Both the position numbers and the translations under genes were made by a program. Shown here piece after piece: positions 41,098 through 49,488 of a stretch of DNA of 64,000 nt. Numbering within the stretch: the stretch's first letter is position 1; every line of letters starts with the position of its first letter. This DNA comes from Pirellulales bacterium (GTDB lineage Bacteria; Planctomycetota; Planctomycetia; Pirellulales; PALSA-1355): positions 192,001 to 256,000 of the forward strand of contig CAVTBU010000007.1 in assembly GCA_963733035.1 (NCBI GenBank), read 5' to 3'. The notes under the pieces were generated by a model. That model searched no databases. It saw only the letters and a program-made list of their open reading frames with translations, and was not told the DNA's origin.

Positions 41098-42406
41098 ATG
41101 AGCGTCACCACCCAAGCCGGCTTCACCAACGACTCGTTCGATCGGTTTCTCGCGCAGCCGCGATGAGCCCACCTGGCTGCGCGACCTGCGCGTCAAGGCC
41201 TGGCGGCAATTCAACGAACTGCCCATGCCCAGCCAGCGCGACGAGGAGTGGATGCGAACCGACATCCGCCTGCTTCGGCTCGACAAGTTCAGCTTGCCGA
41301 CCGACCCCGCCCCAACGGTCGATGTGCCGGACGCGTTGCTTTCACACGGCGTCGATCTCGGCGGGCGCACGGTTGCCATCGATAGCCATTCGCACACGTC
41401 CGCGTTAAAGGAGAAATGGGTCGATCGCGGCGTGCTGTTCGGCAGCCTCGATGATTTGGTCCAGCAGCACGGCGATCGCGTCCGCAAGCATCTATATCGG
41501 GCCTTTGACCCCGGCTACGACAAGTTCGCGGCTCTGCACGCGGCCACTTGGAGTGGCGGCACGCTGCTCTATGTGCCCCGCGGCGTCACAATCGATGAGC
41601 CACTGCACATGCTGTCGGCCATCTCACCGGGTGGCACTGATTTGGGACATGCGCTCGTGATCCTTGAAGACGGCTCCGAGGCGACACTGTTGGCGGAAAC
41701 CGCCAGCATCGCGGAAGGCAGTCCCGGCCTGCATGATGGAGCGGTCGAGTTGCTCGTCGGTGCCGGGGCCCGGCTTCGCTACGTCAACTTTCAAAACTGG
41801 TCGAACGGCGTGTGGCATTTCGCGCATCAGAAGGCCCGCGTTGACGCCGATGCATCGCTGCAATGGACCATCGCCGCCTTGGGAGCTCGACTTGCCAAGG
41901 TCAATCAGCATGTGGCCCTTTCTGGTCCCGGTGCCACCGCGCAAGTCAACGGCGTAATGTTCACTGAAGGCAAGCAGCATCTGGCCTACAACACCCTCCA
42001 ACATCACGAGGCGCCGTCCTGCCGGAGCGATTTACTCTACAAGGCCGCGCTGCAAGACGATTCACGAACCGTATGGCGGGGAATGATTCGGGTCGATGCC
42101 GGGGCCCAGAAGACCGACGGCTACCAGCGTAACGATAACCTGATGCTTTCGGAGCACGCGCGTAGTGACTCGATCCCGGGGCTGGAGATTCTAGCCGACG
42201 ACGTGCGCTGCACGCACGGCTCGACCACGGGCCGGGTGGACGAAGAGCAATTGTTCTATGCCCGCTGCCGCGGCCTGACGCGCAAAGAGGCCGTCCGCAT
42301 GGTCGTAACCGGTTTCTTTCAACAGGTGTTCGACCGTATCACGATCGAAAGTGTTCGCGAAGCCCTCGGCCAGGCGATCGGCCGCCGCATTCGCGAATAT
42401 GAGTAA
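41098..42406 (+). CDS. sufD: Fe-S cluster assembly protein SufD, frameshifted near 41155
   Basis: ATG 41098 MSVTTQAGFTNDSFDRFLA, then a frame change to SRDEPTWLRDLR..PMPSQRDEEWMRTD; C-terminal PGLEILADDVRCTHGST..LFY..RG. Confidence 0.92.
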
Positions 42407-42499
42407 TCGGCATCTTCGATGCTTTGGCCTAAAGACATGACTGACGGAACGTTTTCGCCGCCGTCCACCCCAACTAACCCATCCTGATCAATATCTTCC

Positions 42500-42814
42500 A
42501 TGTCCGATTTCGTTCCGGTTGCCAAGGTTTCCGAAGTCCCCGATCCGGGTAAAATTCTGGTCGAGGTCGACGAGCGGTTCGTCGTGCTGGTGCATGCTGG
42601 CGGTCAGTTCTATGCCATCGACGACGTTTGCACGCACGACGGCGGCCCATTGGGCGAGGGACAACTCGACGGCTTCACTATCGCTTGTCCGCGGCACGGA
42701 GCGAAGTTCGATGTCCGCGACGGCCGAGCCCTGACGATGCCAGCGACCAAGGCAACTGGATCGTACGAAGTGAAAATCGTCGGCGACGATGTGTTGATCA
42801 AAATTAGCGACTGA
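42500..42814 (+). CDS. Rieske [2Fe-2S] ferredoxin
   Basis: CTH...CPRHGAKFD Rieske ligands. Confidence 0.95.
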   Translation: MSDFVPVAKVSEVPDPGKILVEVDERFVVLVHAGGQFYAIDDVCTHDGGPLGEGQLDGFTIACPRHGAKFDVRDGRALTMPATKATGSYEVKIVGDDVLIKISD

Positions 42815-42830
42815 GCGGGAGACAGCAACC

Positions 42831-43145
42831 ATGGCCCTAGCCGAAGAGACGATTCGCGAGGCCCTCAAACAGGTCATCGACCCGGAGTTGTTCGTCAACG
42901 TCGTCGACCTGGGGCTGATTTACCTCGTCGAAGTCGAGGAAGTCGACGACAAGAGCAACATCAAGGTCGAGATGACCATGACCAGCCCGGCGTGCCCCGC
43001 CGGCCCGCAACTGGTTGCCTCGGCGCAGAAAGTGCTCGGCGGCCTGGAAGGGGTCGGCACCGTCGAAGTCAAAGTCGTGATGGTTCCTCCCTGGACTCCC
43101 GACCGCATGACCGAAGATGCCCGCGACCAGTTGGGAATCTTTTGA
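42831..43145 (+). CDS. sufT: Metal-sulfur cluster assembly factor (DUF59/SufT)
   Basis: VIDPEL..NVVDLGLIY, MTMTSPACP, PPWTPDRM. Confidence 0.93.
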   Translation: MALAEETIREALKQVIDPELFVNVVDLGLIYLVEVEEVDDKSNIKVEMTMTSPACPAGPQLVASAQKVLGGLEGVGTVEVKVVMVPPWTPDRMTEDARDQLGIF

Positions 43146-43216
43146 TGGGCGGTTCATAGTTCCGAACGAGACCGTCTGACTCACTGGCACCGCGTCCGCG
43201 AAAACCTGCCCGGACC

Positions 43217-44245
43217 ATGCGAATTTTCCTCTACGAGTTCGTCACGGGCGGCGGTTGGCATCACGGCTCGGAAGATCCTCCACCCGACTCACTGCTGGCC
43301 GAAGGCCTCGCGATGGTCACGAGCTTGGCGGCCGACTTCGCGGCGGTTGACGACATTGAGGTCGACCTGCTGTGCGATGTTCGTTTGCCCGAGATCACAA
43401 TCCCCGGAGTATGCGTTCATCCGCTCACACGCCCCGCGGCCGAAACGGGCGCGCTGGAGGAACTGGCCAGTGCGGCCGATTGGACCGTGCTGATTGCCCC
43501 CGAGTTCGACGAGCACTTGCTCTCGCGGACGCGCGCCGTCGAGCGCGCCGGAGGCCGGCTACTTTCACCGTCGTCGCAAGTTGTGTCGCTTACTTCCGAC
43601 AAACACGCCACGGCCGAGTACCTGCTGAGACACGGTCTGCCGGTTCCGCGCGGCATCGCGCTTGAACCCGGTGAAATGCTGCCGGATGACTTTTCCTATC
43701 CCGCCGTGCTCAAACCACGCGACGGTGCCGGGTCGCTCGGCATCGAATGGATTCCCACTCGGCCGGCGGGGCGTACCGCGATCAATAGGCCGGCAAGGCT
43801 TGAGGCCTTTTGTCCCGGCACCGCGGCCAGTGTGGCGTGCCTGTGCGGTCCAAACGCCGTCGTGCCGCTCGAACCATGTTTGCAGCTTCTCGCTGGAAAT
43901 GGAGACTTTTCGTACCTCGGCGGCCGTTTACCTATCAATCCAGAATTGTCGCTGCGCGCCCGGCGATTGGCTCAGCGAGCTGTTCGCACCCTGCCGAATG
44001 CAAACGGATATTTGGGCGTCGACATCGTCTTGGGAAGCGATCCGGCGGGCAGCGGCGACGTCGTGATCGAAATCAATCCGCGGCTAACCACGTCGTTCGT
44101 TGGCCTGCAAGCCCTGTCTCGCGTCAATTTGGCGGGTGCCATGATTGCCATAGCCCAGGGAAGCGATGCCGAGTTATGCTGGAACTCGGCACCGATTCAT
44201 TTCACTTCCTCGGGCAGTTGCGGGCCGGTTCCCGTGAGCGATTAG
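43217..44245 (+). CDS. ATP-grasp enzyme, MfnD-like (tyramine-glutamate ligase type; C1-transfer cluster)
   Basis: IFLYEFVTGG, EGLAM, IAPE, SDK, KPRDGAGS, GYLGVD, IEINPRLTTS. Confidence 0.85.
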   Translation: MRIFLYEFVTGGGWHHGSEDPPPDSLLAEGLAMVTSLAADFAAVDDIEVDLLCDVRLPEITIPGVCVHPLTRPAAETGALEELASAADWTVLIAPEFDEHLLSRTRAVERAGGRLLSPSSQVVSLTSDKHATAEYLLRHGLPVPRGIALEPGEMLPDDFSYPAVLKPRDGAGSLGIEWIPTRPAGRTAINRPARLEAFCPGTAASVACLCGPNAVVPLEPCLQLLAGNGDFSYLGGRLPINPELSLRARRLAQRAVRTLPNANGYLGVDIVLGSDPAGSGDVVIEINPRLTTSFVGLQALSRVNLAGAMIAIAQGSDAELCWNSAPIHFTSSGSCGPVPVSD

Positions 44246-44249
44246 TTCT

Positions 44250-45260
44250 ATGAAATGGCTGGCTCTCGACATCGGAGGCGCCAATCTCAAGGCTGCTGAC
44301 GGCAATGGTTTTGCCGTTTCGCAGCCGTTTCCAATGTGGCAAAACTCGGGGCGTCTCGTCGACGCGCTGCGAACCTTGATTGCGCTTGTCCCGCGCGTAA
44401 CCCACATTGCCGCCACGATGACCGGTGAGCTGGCGGATTGCTTTGAGACAAAAACCGAGGGCGTGAAGTTCATTCTGAATGCGCTGTCGGTTGCAGCGGA
44501 TGGCAAGCATACCCGCGTCTACTTGACCAACGGCCGCTTGGTTTCATTGCAAGTCGCGCAGAAACAGCCGCTGTTGGCCGCCGCCTCGAATTGGCACGCG
44601 CTGGCAAGTTTTGCCGGGCGTTACGTCACCGACGGTGTGGGTCTGTTGTTTGATGCCGGCTCGACGACATGCGACTTGATACCGCTGGTCGACGGTCAGC
44701 CCGTGACGATCGGCAAGGCCGACACCAATCGCATGATCAACGGCGAGTTGATCTACACCGGCGTGCAGCGCACGCCCGTTTGCGCCATCGCACAGCTCGT
44801 TCCCTGGCGCGGCCGCAAATGTCCGATTGCCCACGAAGTCTTCGCCACGATGTGGGATGTCTACCTCACGCTCGGCGAATTGCCCGAGGAACCGAATCGA
44901 AAGGACACGGCCGATCGTCGTCCAGCGACCAAGGCCGGGGCTCGCGATCGCCTGGCGCGTGCGATTTGCGCGGACCGCGAGACATTCAGCGAGCAGGACG
45001 CCCTGGCGATGTCGACCGCACTGGCCGACGCACAGGTCAAGAAGATCGCCGCCATCATCACGCAACTGATCGCCCGGCTACCCCAGCCCCCACATACCAT
45101 CGTCGTCTCTGGGCAGGGAGATTTCCTGGCACGCCGCGTGCTCGAAAAGGCGAAGATCAAGTCGAGCCTTGTGGCGCTGGCCCGCGAATTGGGATCGGAG
45201 CTATCGCAATGTGCCCCCGCGCATGCACTAGCGGTGCTGGCCCGTGAAGGGCCGAAATAG
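44250..45260 (+). CDS. Hydantoinase/oxoprolinase-like H4MPT-linked C1 pathway protein (Orf9/MfnF-like)
   Basis: LDIGGANLK, TMTGELADCF, AASNW, DAGSTTCDLIP, ELIYTGVQRTP, EVFAT. Confidence 0.9.
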   Translation: MKWLALDIGGANLKAADGNGFAVSQPFPMWQNSGRLVDALRTLIALVPRVTHIAATMTGELADCFETKTEGVKFILNALSVAADGKHTRVYLTNGRLVSLQVAQKQPLLAAASNWHALASFAGRYVTDGVGLLFDAGSTTCDLIPLVDGQPVTIGKADTNRMINGELIYTGVQRTPVCAIAQLVPWRGRKCPIAHEVFATMWDVYLTLGELPEEPNRKDTADRRPATKAGARDRLARAICADRETFSEQDALAMSTALADAQVKKIAAIITQLIARLPQPPHTIVVSGQGDFLARRVLEKAKIKSSLVALARELGSELSQCAPAHALAVLAREGPK

Positions 45261-45325
45261 CAGCTACGCGAGGCACAATGGCTCGCCCGCGCAACACCGC
45301 GGCGGGCGGAACTTACGAGTGAACC

Positions 45326-45925
45326 ATGACTCCAACGCAAGTTCGCGTCATCAAGCTCGGAGGCAGCCTGCTCGATTGGCAGGAGTTGCCGACCCGTTTT
45401 CGCCGGTGGTTGGCCCTGCAAGAGCCGGCAACCAATGTGCTGATCGTCGGCGGCGGTCCCGTTGTCGAAGGTCTGCGCACGATCGACCGCGTGCATCGGC
45501 TATCGATCGAAGCCTCTCACTGGCTGGCGATCCGTGCGATGAGCCTTACGGCTCAAGTCGCGGTGGAGCTTTTCCCCGAAGCGGGGCTCATCGACGCTTT
45601 GGCGCAAGTCGATCGCACTTCCGGCGGCGCGCTCCAGATCCTCGACGTCGAACCCTTCCTGCGGGCAGAGCAGGGGAGTGCCGGCGCACTGCCGTGCGGC
45701 TGGGACGTGACGAGCGACTCAATCGCTGCCCGCGTGGCGGTAAGTCTCGATACCGCGACGCTCGTCCTGCTGAAGTCGGCGCTTCCCGTGGCTGGTGCGG
45801 AGAGCGCTGCGGCAATGAAAAACTATGTCGATGCGTACTTCTCGACCGCGGCTCGAGGCCTGACCGTACGTTTTGTGAATCTTCGCGACGAGCGATTCGG
45901 GCAGGTCGAACTGCGCTTCGATTAA
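45326..45925 (+). CDS. Amino-acid-kinase family protein (Orf21/MfnE-like)
   Basis: VIKLGGSL, IVGGG, SHWLAIRAM, LPCGWDVTSDSIAA, VDAYF. Confidence 0.87.
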   Translation: MTPTQVRVIKLGGSLLDWQELPTRFRRWLALQEPATNVLIVGGGPVVEGLRTIDRVHRLSIEASHWLAIRAMSLTAQVAVELFPEAGLIDALAQVDRTSGGALQILDVEPFLRAEQGSAGALPCGWDVTSDSIAARVAVSLDTATLVLLKSALPVAGAESAAAMKNYVDAYFSTAARGLTVRFVNLRDERFGQVELRFD

Positions 45926-47268
45926 CGTATCTCCAGCTGCGATGGCGGCACCACCAGGTTCGCTTCGTGCTCGGCGACCAGCTTGCGGATGTCGGAGATC
46001 ACTTCCGGGTGATCCTTGCCAACGTCGTATTTTTCGGAGGGATCGTGTTCGAGGTTGAACAGCAGCGGCGGATCGTGCACCTCGGGCTTGGGCTGAAAGT
46101 AGCCGGCTTGGGTCATGAAATGAGCCTTCCAAGGCCCCAGCCGGGCTGCCATTAGTTTTCGCCCGCGATAATAGAGCATCGATTTTCGCGGACTTTCGCC
46201 GGTGCCCAGCAGCACCGGGCGCAAGTCGTACGAGTCGAGAGTGCGGTCGGTGGGCGGCTCGGTTGCGAGCAAGGCACAGATGGTAGCCATCAGATCGGTC
46301 GTGCAACCCAATTCAGCCGAGGTGCGTCCGGCGGGAATTGTGCCCGGCCACCAGGCAATCGACGGTTCGCGCATGCCCCCTTCCCAGGTACTCCCCTTTC
46401 CGCCGCGCAGCAGGCCCGCCGAACCACCGTCCTGATTGCGAATCAGCCAAGGACCGTTATCGCTGGTAAAGAACACGAACGTGTTTTCGGCCAATTCCAG
46501 CTCGCGGAGGGTGTCGAGCACCTGTCCAACGCTCCAGTCGAGCTCCGACACCACATCGCCATACAGTCCGCGGCGGCTGGTATCTTTGAACTTTTCGGAG
46601 GCGAACAGCGGAGTGTGCGGGAAGTTATGTGGCAGGTAAAGCAAGAACGGACGGTCGCGGTTTTGGCGAATGAAGCTCACCGCTTCGGCCGTGTAGCGAG
46701 CCGTCAGAGTCGTCTGATCGACCGGGTCCTCGATCACGCTCGCCCCGCGCAACAGCGTGGTCGGTTTCATGTCGTTGCTGTAGGGAATCCCGTAGTACGA
46801 GTCGAATCCTTGTGTCATCGGCAGAAACTTCGGCAAATGCCCGAGGTGCCATTTTCCAACGCAGCCGGTCGCGTAGTCCTTCGACTTGGCGACTTCGGCC
46901 AGCGTGATTTCCTCGTGAGGCAGGCCGCCGAGCGAATCAGTAAACAGTACGCGTTTGGTGTCGCTGCACATGCCGTTGCGAATTGGCAGGCGGCCGGTGA
47001 GCAGCGCCGCGCGGCTCGGCGTGCAGACGCACTCGGCCACGTAGAATTGCGTGAGCCTCACGCCTTCGCTGGCCATCCGATCCAAGTTCGGCGTTTGAAT
47101 CGTTGGATGTCCGAAGCACCCCAGATCGCCGTAGCCCAAGTCGTCGGCAAAGATAATCACGACGTTTGGCAGACGCTTTGGCTTTTCGTCCTTCTCATCT
47201 GCAACAGCCGCGGAGCCAAATACGGTCGCAACTGCAAGGCTAAGACCAAGAAGCAAACCACGATTCAT
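45922..47268 (-). CDS. Exported sulfatase (formylglycine-dependent, arylsulfatase A-like)
   Basis: Signal peptide; PNVVIIFADDLGYGD, CTPSRAALLTGR, GKWHLG, SDNGP. Confidence 0.96.
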   Translation of the reverse strand: MNRGLLLGLSLAVATVFGSAAVADEKDEKPKRLPNVVIIFADDLGYGDLGCFGHPTIQTPNLDRMASEGVRLTQFYVAECVCTPSRAALLTGRLPIRNGMCSDTKRVLFTDSLGGLPHEEITLAEVAKSKDYATGCVGKWHLGHLPKFLPMTQGFDSYYGIPYSNDMKPTTLLRGASVIEDPVDQTTLTARYTAEAVSFIRQNRDRPFLLYLPHNFPHTPLFASEKFKDTSRRGLYGDVVSELDWSVGQVLDTLRELELAENTFVFFTSDNGPWLIRNQDGGSAGLLRGGKGSTWEGGMREPSIAWWPGTIPAGRTSAELGCTTDLMATICALLATEPPTDRTLDSYDLRPVLLGTGESPRKSMLYYRGRKLMAARLGPWKAHFMTQAGYFQPKPEVHDPPLLFNLEHDPSEKYDVGKDHPEVISDIRKLVAEHEANLVVPPSQLEIR

Positions 47269-47370
47269 GTCGACACCGCCCAGGTACGTTTTGACTGGTA
47301 AGAACTGTAGGAAACAACGAAGCAGACCGCCGGCGGGTGCCTGGCTCGCATCCGTTGGCCATCGATGGTT

Positions 47371-48840
47371 CTATGCTAACACCGGGCACGTATCAAACCA
47401 TTGCCGTCCCTGCCGCTGCATCCATTCCCCGGCGTTTTCCGGGCCCCACAGACCCGGTTCGTAGATTTCGAGCGGCGGCCGGCCGATGTCGTGCCAGGCG
47501 GCCAGAATCGGGTCGATGATGCCCCAGGCCAACTCCACTTCGTCGCTGCGGGCAAACAAGCTGGCGTCTCCTTGAAATGCGTCCAGCAGCAGCCGCTCGT
47601 ACGCCTCGGGCATAACGCCGGAGAACTCGCGATTGAAATCGAACTCCAGGTCGGTCAGCCGCAACCTCATTCCCTGGTCGGGCACCTTGGTTTGAAAGTG
47701 CAACTGAATGCCTTCGGCCGGTTGGATCTGAATTACCAGCCGATTTGCTTCGCACAGGTCGGAGCAGCCGTTCGAAAAAACCATCGTGGGCGGATTGCGA
47801 AACTGAATCACGATCTGCGTTGTCCGGCAAGACATCGCTTTGCCGCTTCGCAGATAAAACGGCACGCCTTGCCATCGCCAGTTGTCCACCGCCAGCTTCA
47901 ATGTGGCAAACGTCGCCGTCTGGCTGTCTGCCGCGACGCCGGGTTCCTGACGGTAGCCGTCGTACTGGCCGCGCAACGTGTCGATGGCCACTTGATCGGC
48001 CGACAGCGGGTTGATCGCCCGCAGCACCTTGACCTTCTCGTCGCGCACGGCGTCGGCCTCGAATCGCACAGGCGCTTCCATGGCCGTCATGGTGAGCAAT
48101 TGCAACAGGTGGTTCTGGAAAATATCGCGGAGTATGCCTGTCTCTTCGTAGAAGGCTCCGCGACGACCGACTTTCACTTCCTCCGCGACGGTGATCTGCA
48201 CGTGGTCGACGTAGTTGCGATTCCACACCGGTTCAAAGATGGTGTTGGCGAACCGCAGCACCAACATATTCTGCACCGTTTCCTTGCCCAGATAATGATC
48301 GATGCGGTACACCTGCCGCTCGGCAAAGACTTTGTGCACCACCTCGTTGAGCTCACCGGCGGTCTTGGCATCGCTGCCAAAAGGCTTTTCGATGACGATC
48401 CGCCGCGGACCATTTACCTCGTCGGCCAAACCGCTCGCGCCCAGCCGCTCGACGGCTTTCTCATAAAACTGCGGCGCGGTGGCCAGGTAGTAGACGCGTG
48501 TCAGGTCGCTCGTCTTGCCGGCGCTGCGTGCTTCCAACTCATTGAGCCGGGCATGCAGACCGTCGAAATCATCCTGTCGATTGATATCGCCTGCCTGGTA
48601 GTGCAGCAGCGGAGCGAATTTTTCCCAGGCGGCCGCGTCGAATTCCTTGCCCAGAAATTCCGACGTGCTCTCGTGCAGCGTTTTGCGCCATTGGTCGTCG
48701 CTGAATTTGGTCCGCGACAGGCCGACGATCTGCGTTTTTTCCGGCAATCGACCCTTGCGCGACAACTGATACAGAGCGGGAATCAGTTTGCGACTAGTCA
48801 GGTCGCCCGAGGCTCCAAAAATGACCAATGTGACTGCCAT
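47371..48840 (-). CDS. zwf: Glucose-6-phosphate 1-dehydrogenase
   Basis: GASGDL, EKPFG, RIDHYLGKE, RDIFQNHLLQ, RWQGVPFYLRSGK, AYERLL. Confidence 0.98.
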   Translation of the reverse strand: MAVTLVIFGASGDLTSRKLIPALYQLSRKGRLPEKTQIVGLSRTKFSDDQWRKTLHESTSEFLGKEFDAAAWEKFAPLLHYQAGDINRQDDFDGLHARLNELEARSAGKTSDLTRVYYLATAPQFYEKAVERLGASGLADEVNGPRRIVIEKPFGSDAKTAGELNEVVHKVFAERQVYRIDHYLGKETVQNMLVLRFANTIFEPVWNRNYVDHVQITVAEEVKVGRRGAFYEETGILRDIFQNHLLQLLTMTAMEAPVRFEADAVRDEKVKVLRAINPLSADQVAIDTLRGQYDGYRQEPGVAADSQTATFATLKLAVDNWRWQGVPFYLRSGKAMSCRTTQIVIQFRNPPTMVFSNGCSDLCEANRLVIQIQPAEGIQLHFQTKVPDQGMRLRLTDLEFDFNREFSGVMPEAYERLLLDAFQGDASLFARSDEVELAWGIIDPILAAWHDIGRPPLEIYEPGLWGPENAGEWMQRQGRQWFDTCPVLA

Positions 48841-48934
48841 GACCTGTCCGCAACGATTTTCAAAGAGTGGCTCCGCGGCGCGCGATGTCCGCCTCACTCG
48901 CGCGCCGGGAGTTTTGTGAAGCCCGCTGCCACCG

Positions 48935-49303
48935 CTAAGCGGCCAGCCCTTCGTTGATCCAGCTTTTGGCCTCGTCTAGATTGTTCTCGTGGAAGTACTT
49001 GATTGTCGCGGTGGTGAACGGCTTGCAGAACGTCGCCATGCCCGCTTCCCATTTGGCGTCGCCGACCATCGCCAGGCGTTCGATGTCGCGGAAGTGCTTG
49101 ATGTCGAACTTGATGTCTTCCCACAGGGCGGCCATTTCCCAGCCGTGGAAATCGTGCATGTGCAGCAGAATTCGCACTTTCCCGTGTTGCTTGATCAGTT
49201 CTTCGACTTTTGGCACGAAATGTTGATAATCTTCCTTCGCCAGTTTGCCACTGATGGTAACTCCGAGCACCTTGCCGCCGGCGTCTTCGTGAAGCGTGAG
49301 CAT
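48935..49303 (-). CDS. STAS/SEC14 (SpoIIAA-like) domain protein
   Basis: CAGGAG RBS; ISGKLAKEDY, HGKVRIL, FHGWE..ALWED, ERLAMVGD..W, EAKSWI. Confidence 0.9.
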   Translation of the reverse strand: MLTLHEDAGGKVLGVTISGKLAKEDYQHFVPKVEELIKQHGKVRILLHMHDFHGWEMAALWEDIKFDIKHFRDIERLAMVGDAKWEAGMATFCKPFTTATIKYFHENNLDEAKSWINEGLAA

Positions 49304-49488
49304 GATGAACTCCTGCTTTTTGAAATTGGATAACTCACCGTCGGTCAAAATACCACTTGGCTCGTGAACCGGCAACTGCCACGCGTGCCCGGCAGCTCTC
49401 ATCTCGCACGTTGCGTTGCCGGTGGGCTTGGCGGCGCGCATAGTAGGGACTCGGTCGCCAGAAAACTCGAGCCGAGAGATCCACGTCG

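Noticed and set aside
39600..42406. Programmed frameshifting or pseudogenisation of sufB and sufD
   Set aside because: There is no slippery heptamer at the breaks, both halves are fully conserved, and the same kind of break occurs in seven unrelated genes. Sequencing error is more parsimonious.
47401..48957. 518-aa antisense ORF over zwf (similarly 16815..17876, 18460..19659, 30099..31193, 38587..39606, 49759..50943)
   Set aside because: Antisense mirrors of well-supported genes, caused by GC-biased codon usage; no recognisable domains.
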